Assembly (NCBI RefSeq): GCF_009834535.1
Contig: NC_045696.1
Span: forward strand, 96,970,001-97,034,000
Origin: Camelus ferus
Taxonomy: Eukaryota
Length of the DNA: 64,000 nucleotides
Reading direction: 5' to 3'
A program made the translations under genes and the position numbers. This document shows, one piece after another, positions 1 through 10,823 of this stretch. The stretch's first letter is position 1. Every line of letters starts with the position of its first letter. The notes below the pieces were generated by a model. The model was not told the origin of the DNA. It worked only from the letters and a program-made list of their open reading frames with translations, and ran no database searches.

Positions 1-830
1 GAGAGAGGCAGAGCCAGAGTCTGGAGGACTTTGTGGCCTTGGGTCCCATGGAGTTTTATCCTATAGGAAATGGAAGTCATAGAAGTGTTTGAAGCCAGGA
101 AATGAGGACATTGGATTTGCATTTGGACAGATCATTGTGGCAATAGCATGGAGGAAGAAGTAGATGGAGGAATAGTAGACTACTCATGGATGGTGAGTAG
201 TCTGGAAGGAGGGAGGCCACCGGTGAGAAGATAGAACACATTAGGGTCAAGATGAGAGCAAGTTCTGGGTTCAAACTGCTGGGATTCAGCACCTGCTTCT
301 CTATCTTAGCAGCTGTGTGTTTGGGCAAATTTTTTAGCCTCTCTGTTGACCTGGTTTCCTCATCCATAAAATGCAAATCATAATAGTGTGAAGTTTAAAG
401 GAAACAATTCCTATAAAGCATTCAGGACAGAGCCTGCCATATGGAAAGCTCTCAATACAGGCTAGCTATTATTATTTAAATATAAAAGTGATTTCTTTCA
501 GTAGTTTAAAAGAAAGATAATGAGTATCTGAACTAAGGTACAGGCAGTGGAAATGGTGAGGAGGGGATGGGGATAAAGATGAGGAGTAGATTTGATGGTT
601 TAGTTGAGAAAGGAGGAGATTGCTGGCTTGAATGACTTAGTGGAGGGGGTTGGTACCAAAAATGTTGGGGGAAGCAGAAGCAGGGACAGGTTGGGTGGTG
701 GAAGATAACAAATTCTGGTTTTAGTGATGTTAAGTTTTAGATACTCTTGGGTCATAAAGGAGGAGATGTCCAGAAGATAGATGGACATGCAGGCTTGGAG
801 CTCAGGAAGGAGAGGTGAAGGCCACATGAG
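1..830 (-). mobile_element. Ancient LINE-2 (L2) fragment, interrupted by a MIR
   Basis: Purine-rich text resembling antisense L2 ('ttttatcctataggaaatggaag', 'gatttgcatttggacagatcattgtggc', 'ggagatgtccagaagatagatggacat...ggagctcaggaaggagagg'). Boundaries approximate. Confidence 0.7.
245..476 (+). mobile_element. MIR SINE nested in L2
   Basis: MIR core ('ttgggcaaattttttagcctctctg...gtttcctcatccataaaatg') and MIR-type 3' end ('ctcaatacaggctagctattattatt'). Confidence 0.8.
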
Positions 831-1032
831 CTGAATGGCAGGGTAACAGACTCACTGACCAGATATAGTTGTACTGATGTACAAAAGTTATTTCATCTAT
901 TTGTCCCTTGATGTGCAACTTCTGTTAGTGCCCAGAAGGGAGGGCACCTAATGGTTATGTCAGGGACAACTTCCATTATAGAATCTTTGCTGATCAACCG
1001 ACAGGGTAAGGTCTCTTTACTCTGAGACCCTT

Positions 1033-1423
1033 TGTTATAGACTGAATGTTTATGTCCCCTCCAAATTCATATGTTGAAGTCCTACCCACTAAGGTGATGG
1101 TACTACAGATGGGTCATTTGAGAGGTAATTAGGATTAGATGAGGTTGTGAGGGTGGGGCACTGGCCTGATGCAATTAGTGCCCAAATAAGAAGAGACACC
1201 AGGGAGCTGTTCTCTCTCTCTCTTCACATGTACTAAGGAAAGGCCATGTGAGCAGCCAGCAAGAAGGCAGCCATTTACAAGCCAAGAAGAGAGCTCTCAC
1301 CAGAAGCCAATCCTGCTGGACTTTAATCTGGGACTTCTAGCTCCCAGGACTGTGAGAAAGTAAATTTTTGTTGTTTAAGCCATCCAGTCTATTTTGTTAC
1401 AGCAGCCTGAAATTACTAAAATA
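1033..1423 (+). mobile_element. MaLR solo LTR, MLT1A-like
   Basis: Starts 'tgttatagactgaatgtttatgtcccctccaaattcatatgttgaagtcc' and ends 'ttgttacagcagcctgaaattactaaaata'. Near-TSD ccctt/ccttt. Confidence 0.9.
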
Positions 1424-2553
1424 CCTTTGTACAAGGGAATCTTTGTAATTCTCCTAAAGGTTGGCCTTTCTTTCACTCTAATAATGTACATTTCCTGCCC
1501 CTCCTTTTTATAGGCAGCTTGAGGGCAGGTCCTTCGTCGTACTTATGCTCCCTGTAGTGCCCTGCACAAAGTTTTGCCCCTGGTAGAGGTTCAACAGACA
1601 TTTGATGACCTGAGGTCAGCTTAGAAGGACTCAAGATCACACAGCAATTTGTATGAAAAGGATCACAGAGAACGTGCTTAGGGTAGGTATGAGGCAGAAT
1701 CTTGGGGGCAAATTCAAGACTGGAGTTCAGGTGGAAGCTAACGGTTTCAATATGAAACTTGGAGTTGAGAGAAAAACAGTTTCCCAAAGATCAGTGGGAA
1801 GCGTGAAATGCCCAACATGTCCACGTAAGGCATATTTTTTTCTTGAGCAGTTTGCACTATGCAAGACATTATGTAATATCACATTGTGGCTTGGCTGTTT
1901 CAAATTGACTTAGAAAAATACTTATAATTTTTGAGTTGGGATTTGTCTAAAGCAAATGAGTTTAAAGTTTAAACTCAACAGTGGTTTAGGTCCTTAATAA
2001 TTTGATGCAATTCTCTCTCTCTCCCTCTCTTTATATATATATATAAAGAACAAACAACTAACCAAAGAAAAATCCAACAATAATTACCCTCCAAAGAGAT
2101 GAAACAAAACAAAACAAAACAGATTTTGTTTATTGCATTCAATTTCTCATCCACTTTACTGGAAATAATTTAAAGTTGACTGAATGTTCTTAAATGGAGA
2201 CGAGAAGGTGATGCTGTGGTCTGTGTGCTGTCTGTGGGATGCCAAGTGTATTCTGGAAATCATAGAGAAAACATAGGGAACTTGCCCCAAATGTCTCACG
2301 ACATCACTCTGTGAGGATGGGAGAAATGGGGAAGATTTATTTATTTTTTTTCTCTGGAGCATCTTCCATTGTCTTCTTGCTGTCTCCTGAGTGCTATGGT
2401 AGCTGGGACGTTCTAGCATCATGCTCTCTGAAGCCCAGCAGTACAGAGGATGAAAGAGGGGTATATTTGTGTTGACCTATATGCTAAGAGAAACCAGAGG
2501 TACATGGATCAATGGATATTACTTACAACCTGGAGCTGCAGAAGCTCCTAGAC

Positions 2554-3225
2554 TTAGACTCTCCAGTATGGGAACCACTTACCATATGTGTTTGATGAAC
2601 ACTTGAAATTTGACTGGAACAACAAATGAACTTATTTACAAAACAGAGACAGACTCACAAACATAGGAAACAACTTACAGTTATCGGGGGAAAGGAAATG
2701 GGGAGGGATAAATTGGGAGTTCAGGATTTGTAGATACTAACTACTATACGTAAAATAGATAACAAGGTCCTATTGTATAGCACTGGGAACTATATTCAAT
2801 ACCTTGTAATGGTCTATAATGAAAAAGAATATGAAAAGGAATATATATATATATATAAACTGAATCACTATGCTGTTCACCAGAAATTAACACAACATTG
2901 TGAATTGACTAGACTTCAATTGAATAAAAAAAAAGAAAGAAAGAAAGAAACTTGACTGGTCCAAATCCAGATGTGCTGTGAGTGCAAAACACACACCAGA
3001 GTTCAATGGTTTAGTTAAAAAAAAAAAAAAAGAAAAAAAGAAGAAGAATGTAAAAGAAATCATTAATACTTGCTCACATGGATTACAGGTTGAAATGATA
3101 TTTTTGATATTTTAGGTGAAATCAAATAAATTATTTATATATGTTCCTTTTTTATGTTTTTAATTTGGCAACTGGAAAACTTAAAATTACTTATGTGGGT
3201 CACATTATATTTCTGCTGGATGGAG
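2554..3225 (-). mobile_element. MER33-like hAT-Charlie DNA transposon, split by an L1 insertion
   Basis: The halves ('ccacttaccatatgtg...cacttgaaatttgactgg' and 'tccaaatccagatgtgctgtgagtgcaaaacacacaccaga...aaattacttatgtgggtcacattatatttctgctgga') rejoin into the reverse complement of MER33. Confidence 0.8.
2618..2946 (+). mobile_element. 5'-truncated L1 3' end (cetartiodactyl/camelid type) with TSD
   Basis: L1 3'UTR motif 'tattgtatagcactgggaactatattcaataccttgt' and A-rich tail. TSD gaaatttgactgg (2605-2617) / gaaacttgactgg (2947-2959). Confidence 0.92.
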
Positions 3226-3429
3226 TCTAAGCCCTACGCCATGAAGGGGTAGATATACATCCTGGTCTTGACAGGATGCAGAGCTCACAGGCATTTGTCT
3301 CTTCTCATGTGAATCATGCCCAGCTGTGTATAAATGCAGTTTTATTGTTGGCGTAATAGCTCTCTGCACATCCGGAGAGTCTTTCATCTGAGGATCTCAA
3401 ACATTAATTAATTCTCATTGAATAGATGA

Positions 3430-3545
3430 GCAAGACTGGTATTCTTAGCTCTATTTTACAGATGAGAAAACCAAGGCATGGGGATATATAAACGATTTGC
3501 CCAGGGCTACCCAGGTAGAGTGGCAGAGCTCAGAATAGAAGTGTG
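3430..3545 (-). mobile_element. MIR fragment
   Basis: 'attttacagatgagaaaaccaaggc...gatttgcccagggctacccag...gtggcagagct' is the antisense MIR core. Confidence 0.75.
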
Positions 3546-4184
3546 AGTCATTGTAATTAATCACATATCTAGCCAGCAAACAATATTTTTTTCTTCCTGA
3601 TTGGGTGAACTTCCTCAAGGTAGAGAGCATACTTTTAAAATGCTATTTCCAACTAGTAAAATACTGAATGCTCAGGGAACATTACACAACAGCAGAGTCA
3701 TTGCTACCAGATTGAACACATTTGGGCATTAACAATTAGGTAAATTACAAAAGAAGTAAATACATGGCCTTCTTAAATTGTATGCAATTTTTCATACTCT
3801 GGGGAAGGAACAGTTATTACCCCTTGCTTTGTAGGCAGATAAGCGAATCTCACTTTGATTACTTCATTTGTTTTTAAAAGTAGATTTCCTGGGTCTTACT
3901 TTGATACTTTGAAGAGAAGACATTCCAAGCAAATGCACATTGGTCTAGATTTGGATTCCAGACTGGCAGAGGAGGGAAGCAGCTCTGGGCCTCTTGAGGC
4001 TCCTAATATTCTTCCATCAACTTCCATCTGTGATATAGTTCTCCTTTTACAAACTCAGAGCTCTGGTGAGTGTGTTTTCTCGAAAAAGTGTACCTTTATC
4101 AAACTTATTTGGAGGGAAGACCATCAAAGTCAGACATCAGGATTCCCAGACAAAGGCTGCATGAAACAGGTTTTTTCCAGTCTC

Positions 4185-4376
4185 CTTTTCTTTTCTTTTC
4201 TTTTCTTTTCTTTTCTTTTCTTTTCTTTTCTTTCTTTCTCTTCTCTCTCTCTTTCTCTTTCTTTCTTTCTTTCTTTCTTTCCTTCTTTCTCTCTTTCTTT
4301 CTCTTTCTCTCTTTCTCTCTTTCTTTCTCTCTTTCCTTCTCTCTTTCTTTCTTTTCTTTCTTTTTCTTCCTTCCTT
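4185..4376. repeat. Compound polypyrimidine microsatellite (TTTTC)n/(TTTC)n/(TC)n
   Basis: About 190 bp of pure C/T, directly visible. Confidence 0.97.
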
Positions 4377-6039
4377 GGGAAAAAAAGAGAATAAATTCTG
4401 CTACAGCCTTGTGATTACATTTTCTTTGACTGAGACTGATTTTCAATGTTACTCTAAAATAATACACCACCAAAGTACATGAATTTAGGAGGAAAATTAG
4501 GGAGTTACAGAAACCATTGGTTCATTTATTCAAAAATATGTACCCTCTATTATGTATTTCAAAAATATTTACTGTGAATGCATGGGTAAAAAGTTTCTGC
4601 ATCCCACTGATTCTGTTCCTTGTAAACATTATTTGAATAAAACGTACCATTTTTCAAGAATGGTTGAAGGAAGTTCAATTTTGCTGACATATACCCATGT
4701 GTACAAGGGTGTATGTTCATACAGTGCCCCATCTACTTTCATTGCCTAAAGAGTTAACCTGATTAGTTCCCAGTGTGTCATCTTGCCCTTCTGACAGGAA
4801 ATATGACTGGAGTGCTGAAAGGTTTTTAATTATACTCACAGTTGCCTCAAATAATGATAGTCTACTTGTGGGCACATGTCTTAGAGGAGAATCATAGTCT
4901 GTGCTTTGTGCATCAGGCAGATTCCTTCATTTCCTTTGCCTTTTGCTTGAACCTGGAAAAATGGCTTAGAGAAATTCATGCACACTTCCCTGCTGTCCCC
5001 ACCCATGAAGGAGTGGCTGAGTCAGTGGGAGAAGAGTTTTAAGACCTTCGGTGTCTCTGATGCTCCAGGCTCAGGATAGAAGGGGGGGGGGTGGGAGAAG
5101 TGGAGTGGAAGATGCTGCAGACTCCATCCTGGACAATCCTTCTGCACTTGCTGTTTCTTACTTCTTTAAAGCTGATGAATCAATCCCACTTTGGGGGCTG
5201 GAGGGAAGAGGGAGGAGCACAGGTGAGGTAGAGGAGATGATATGTGCACGTTGCGTACTTCACATTGTGTCCTTCACAAACTTTTTCCCAAAACAGTCTC
5301 TGCAGATCTCCTTGGTCACTATGTCCTGCTATTCAATTTGCCCAGATGTTTTCCTTTATCTTTTGATTATTGCAAAGCCATTCAGAACCTTACCACCAGA
5401 GCAGTGTGATACTGCTGAACCGGAAAAATGGCTTAGAGAAATTCATGTACACTTCTCTGCCGTCCCTAGTATATCTCTGTTGGCAGAGAAACCAGGAAGG
5501 CTTTTAAAAACAGTGATCATTTAACTTTGCAGTATAATGGATGATTTTGTAGACCTTCATAGCCGACCCCAAAGTTAAGATCTTTTCCACAAATCTAGTT
5601 GTTATGTGTTTAAGCCAATGAGAAAGCATGGAGAGTTAGGATTTCAATAACTGTAGGAAAAAGGGAGTCATTTCATGCATTGGTGCCTCAGAACCCTCTA
5701 GTCTGGAAAAAGTTCTATAAAAAACAGACTATTATCCTTATTCTTCCAGCAACTGGGCTAAAATCTATAGTAGCTAACCCGCCAGGGAGTACTGTTTGAA
5801 TGACAATAGAACCGACAATGGGAAGAACTGTTTCCATCTTAGATCTTTCTCTAATAAAGCTTTATGCAAAGTGTAAATTTCCAAGTGATGATAAATTGAA
5901 GTAGTGAGAATATAATCACACTGAAATGGGGTTAATGAATTGATGTTATTTTGCAGCGGGGGAAGTAGGGAAGGAGGGGGAAATAATAGACTAGTGGAAT
6001 TTGAGGGTATTATGAATTCAGAAAACAAATATTCCCCCC

Positions 6040-6400
6040 TCTGCGGGCCCTCTAGACACAATTCTTGGAAGACAGCCCGCGGCAGTTCTGGACGTCGGCG
6101 GCCCCCTCTCCTCCACGGCAGCAGCAAGACGCTGCCGGGTAAGAGCGAGCGTGGCGCCTTCTGCCCAGGCGCGGATTCATGCCTGCAGAATAACAATCTG
6201 CTCTCGGTGCACCAAGCACAATGAAGGCCCTCTAAGCTGCCACTCATGCGGGGCCGGCGAACACTCTGGGCCCTTGTTTCTGATTCTTGGCATTGTCAGG
6301 GCCGGGAGTGTATGGAGAGCCACACACTTCCATGCTGGGAAAGGCAGGGCCCCTGGCGGCCCCTGCCAGCCATCCCATGGCCTAGGCAACAGCAGCGGCC
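6040..6400. promoter_or_regulatory. CpG-rich non-repetitive patch; candidate enhancer/promoter
   Basis: About 21 CpGs counted by eye in 360 bp of an otherwise CpG-poor window. SOX-like motifs at 6192, 6217 and 6291. Splice donor-like CGG|gtaaga after 6138. Confidence 0.5.
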
Positions 6401-6684
6401 AGATGAGCCAGAGGGGAGCTTGCACCTCCTGGCAAACCTGCCAAACGTTCAGGAATTGGGATTGTGGTTTCAAAAAGTCTGGTCTCTGCTCTCTCATCCC
6501 TCGACTCTTTAAGGGAAAAAAAACAAAACAAAACACCTCATTAAAAATTCTTTTGGCTTGGCAGACTGCTACAAAGTCTGATTCCAGTGCCGACGTCTTT
6601 CTAACACCCTTCAAACAGCAGGGTTGACAAATTTCCAACAGTACTGGGGCAACCATCAAGCTATATACTCTTTTTCCCACTATC

Positions 6685-6778
6685 TTTTTTTTTTTTTTTA
6701 ATGGAGGTACTGGGGACTGAACCCAGCTCCTCGTGCATGCTAAACACGTGCTGTACCACTGCACTACTGCTCACCCTC
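6685..6778 (-). mobile_element. tRNA-derived SINE resembling camelid Vic-1
   Basis: Minus strand reads 'gagggtgagcagtagtgcagtggtacagcacgtgtttagcatgcacgaggagctgggttcagtccccagtacctccatt(A)n', with A-box-like TAGTGCAGTGG, B-box-like GGTTCAGTCCC and a poly(A) tail. Confidence 0.85.
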
Positions 6779-9539
6779 AAACTGTATAACCTTGACATGG
6801 CTGGATGAAAAGTCATGCTAGTGGAGGTGATTGACTGGGGACTATGGTGGGCAGATGGATAACATGGGGCAATATTGGAAGTAGCAAGCTTATTGCTAAT
6901 CTTTACAACTCTAGGCAAAAGAAGTGACATGTCAAAAACATCATGCACAGCATATATTCATTATAGGAGGGAGCAAAACATCCTTAAACTCATAGTGTAG
7001 CTGCACATCAGAGGTGAGCCACAAAGCTTGTCTCCAAGCAAAGACTGGTATTGATTCCCAGCCAATTTCTAGGGTGAAAGGCCCATGAGACTATTTGAGG
7101 ATACAAATAATACCTTTTGAGCAATGTGTCCCAGGGATTTTAATCACATTAGCTAATTTCGGCCTAATGGACGTTTGTCAAAGACATACCATTGTCCTCA
7201 GTTTATATACAACTGAGGATTCTGAGGCCTAGAGCAGTTAGGAAAGTTCTGCCTGACCCCGAAGCCGGTGCTCTTGGATTCACTGGAATAAAATGCTTCT
7301 CTGGGGCTAAAAGGAGACACAAATTTAGGAAACAAATAGTTTTTTTTTTTCTCTAAAGAATTCCAATTGTCCTTGAGCTTGGACTAGAGCTTTATCTTAA
7401 AGGAATAACCATAGTTGCTCATTGTAGACAAGAGAAGACATCGAATATTGAGAGAAGCAGCAAGCACTTCCATTTCTGCTGAATGAATCAAAATTGGACC
7501 AATAAAGTCTAGCCTTTGTGACAGTTCTCTGTCTCCTCCTCAGCCAAGAATGTCTGGACACACTGAGTCAGAGTGTCAACACTCTCTGGACCTGGCACAC
7601 ACAACCTACCATGAGTCAGTAGAAGGATTTGAAACTCAGGGCTGGGAAAAGTCACTGCCGTTAAATCGGCACAGCTAACGATATTTTGGGAGTCAACCCT
7701 GCCCTCCTGAAAGTAACTTGTTCATTCACCTATTTGTTTACTTATTTAATACATATCTATTCTAATCTCTACTAATACAAAATCCAAATTAAAAGGTTCG
7801 ATTATTATAAAATAAATAGTGACAAGCAAGTTTCTCACCCCAACCCTCCAGTTCCTTTGCTTAGGGACAACCACTGTCACCAGTATCCTGGGGATCCTTC
7901 TGGAGATACTCTAGGCGTGAGTGTACCTTTCTCTTGGTTTTCATAATTGTTTTTGAATCCTTGCTACAGCCTGGGCACTGGTTTACACAAAGTGATGGCC
8001 AAGATTTTGCCCCTGTGCTTGGGGAGGAAGTAGACACAGAAACCAATTGCCACCATCTATGTGACTGGTAAATACCTGGCTGGAGGTACTTCTGGGAGTG
8101 GTGGTGGTCTGAGTAGATCAGGGTTGAAATATCTATGTGCCTGATCAGCTGTCACAACTAAGTTATTGTTACTAATAGTGAAGCGCCAGTGTTTGCAAAA
8201 CATTTTAAAAAATAGATTAAAGCTTATTCCTGTGACAATTAACCTCATTTGCATTCTAATTTGTTTTTGTGAGTGAGAGCAAAAGTTGTGGTGATCAAGC
8301 TGGTTCACTGAGAGTGGTATGTGACCCTGGGCACGCCCATGTTCATCCTCTTGTGAATGTGATCTGGTGCACATTCCAGGGGGGTTGAAAATTTCAGACA
8401 TCCAGGAGGAAAGGGGGGCATTATTTCCTCATGTGAGGGGATGCCACTGGAAAGCTTTCCCCAAATAGTATATATATGCCTCCCGTTCAATTGGGATATT
8501 CGTCTCCTAGTTGCCTGGTTTCAAAATATTCATTCTTGTAATAGAAGGGAAGTCAGGAAGTGGTAAAGCCGCCCATCTGGATTGAATACAGTTTGGGACA
8601 GTAGTTTGTACACCGTGAGGCAGATAACGTTTTGCAGATTTCAGAGACAGCTGAATCTGATGCATGTGGATGCAAGCTACCGGTGGAAGGCTTGGAGCAA
8701 ATCCTTTCAATGCAGTTTGGATTTATGGGAACTACTTAGGAGTTTGTAGGCTTTGAAGAGGGGCATACAGCAGTGATTGGGTTCACAAAGAGCCCATGTT
8801 TACTTTGGTTCACCTGGATTCTCACTCCGTATTGAGTTTACTTCCAGCATGATTATAACCAGCTCCAGACTCTGATGCAAGCTCTGCTCAACGTCTGATA
8901 GGGAGTTAAAGAGCGAAAATTTAAAAATGGCATAAATAAGTTTCACATGATTTCCAATCAGAGCAATGAGTTGGCTCTGTTTCATTCAATCAGCCAGGGG
9001 CAGAGAGAATTTTGCAAACTTCAGTGACCCTTTCAGAAAGCCCGGTCTACATCCTGCCTTTAGGAGAAAACCCAGAACCAGTCAAATGTACCCAGTTTCG
9101 TTTTCTGTGGCAGCTTGCCTCATAGCTGTCCTAGGAGAGAATGTGGCTGAAGCACATTCTCTTCTTGATCTTCCAAAAGTGCCCCTCCAAGGGGCAAGAA
9201 GGTTAGCTGGTTGTTATGACACATGAGGCAGAAATGCATCTTGAAATGAAGCACAGCTGAATTGCTGAGGGCTGGACTATAAAACACCTTTCCAAGGATT
9301 TCCTCCCTTGTGAGCTCAGATGGCAGCCTCGCCTGACGCAGGGCCTCTCTGCTGACTTATGTTTTCATATCAGCTCAGAAAATTATAATTATAATTCCCC
9401 TCTCTAAAGAAAGCTGTAACCTGAATTTGTACAATTAATCAAACATTAGTTGAAAAAAATACTGAAATATGTTATTACCCTTTTTAAAGTCCACTGTAAA
9501 TGCTATGATACAGATTATGCGGCTTGAGAGGGGTTTTTT

Positions 9540-9604
9540 CCCCTTCCCCCTTCCTTCTTTCCTTTCTTCCTTTCCTTCCTTCCTTCCTTTCTCCCCTCCT
9601 TCCT
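9540..9604. repeat. (CCTT)n-like polypyrimidine tract
   Basis: Directly visible. Confidence 0.85.
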
Positions 9605-10087
9605 AAAAGTAATAGGAAGCAGAAGTAGATCTGTGTGAAATCTTGCCTTTTTCTCTGTTTTCTTCCCCCCTAGCTGAGTTAAATAAAGCACAAGAGTGCA
9701 TTTTCCAAGAACCTTATGGGATCCTGTCAACTGATTTCTTCCCCTTGTTTTGAAAATGACCCACAAAGAGATAAAATTACTTGAATTGATTCTTACAGAA
9801 AAGCAGCCAAGGTTTTATTAAAAACACTGCCCTTCATATTCTTTCGTATTTTCTTTCCCTCTCTAATATGGGAGGATATCAAATATAAAAGAAACAAACG
9901 TAAAACACTGAGCCTTTCATCTCTGCTCACTTTCCAAAATCTTCCAACGCATCACCTTATTTTTCTTCATTAAACTTTAAAGCGGAGCAAGTGGAATGCT
10001 GCATTTAAATTCTGAGGGCACAAGGGACTTGGGATGGGCTATCTGCATCATGTCATTCATTAGATTCTAATAAGACATTCTTACCCT

Positions 10088-10823
10088 GAGGATGTGGAGA
10101 AAAGGAACACTTGTACACTGTTGGTGGGAATGTAAATTGGAGCAGCCACTGTGGAAAACAGTGTGGAGTTTCCTCAAAAAACTAAAAATAGAACTACCAT
10201 ATGATCCAGCAATTCCACTCCTGAATATATAACCAAAGAAAACAAAAACACTAATTCTAAAAGATACATGCATCTCAATGTTCATAATAGCGTTATTCAC
10301 AATAGCCAAGATAAAGAAGCAACCTAAGTGTCCATCAACAGGTAAACAGGTAAAGAAGATATGTGTGTATATACACACACACACACGTAATAACACTACT
10401 CAGCCGTAAAAAAAGAATAAAATTTTGCCATTTGCAACAGCATGGATGGAATTGGAGGGTATTATGCTTAGTGAAATAAATCAGACAGAGAAAGACAAAT
10501 ACTGTATGATACCACTTATATGTGGAATCTAAAAAATAAACTCGTGAATATAACAAAAAAGAAACAGACTTATAGACTTCTAGAGAACAAACTAATGGTT
10601 ACCAGTGGGGGAAAAAGGGAGGGAAAAGGGACAGGATAGAGTAGAGGATTAACAGGCAACTGTATAAAATGAGTAAGTTACAAGGATATATTGTACAGCA
10701 CAGGGAATATAGCCAATATTTTACAACTATAAATGAAGTATAACCTTTAAAAAACACGAATCACTATATTGCATACCTGAAACTTATATAATATTGTAAA
10801 TCAACTATACTTCAAAAAAAAAA
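10088..10823 (+). mobile_element. L1 3' fragment (decayed end of ORF2, 3'UTR, poly-A)
   Basis: 'gaggatgtggagaaaaggaacacttgtacactgttggtgggaatgtaaattgg', 'gaactaccatatgatccagcaattccactcctg', 'tgtacagcacagggaatatagccaatat'; ends in an A run. Confidence 0.95.

Noticed and set aside
3855..4473. ORFs of 114-179 aa rich in F/S/L or K/R/E
   Set aside because: They are open only because they cross the stop-free C/T microsatellite.
5774..6764. Overlapping 88-195 aa ORFs on both strands
   Set aside because: GC-rich sequence has few stops; no recognisable domain; the longest starts inside the SINE.
6700..6778. tRNA gene
   Set aside because: It has A/B boxes but also a poly(A) tail and no convincing cloverleaf, so it is a SINE.
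10067..10556. ORFs with familiar-looking text (e.g. GHLGCF, FHSGC); similar ones at 25519-25939, 38473, 41481, 46801-47374 and 63047-63398
   Set aside because: Sense or antisense translations of decayed L1 3' ends, not genes. No intact L1 ORF is present.
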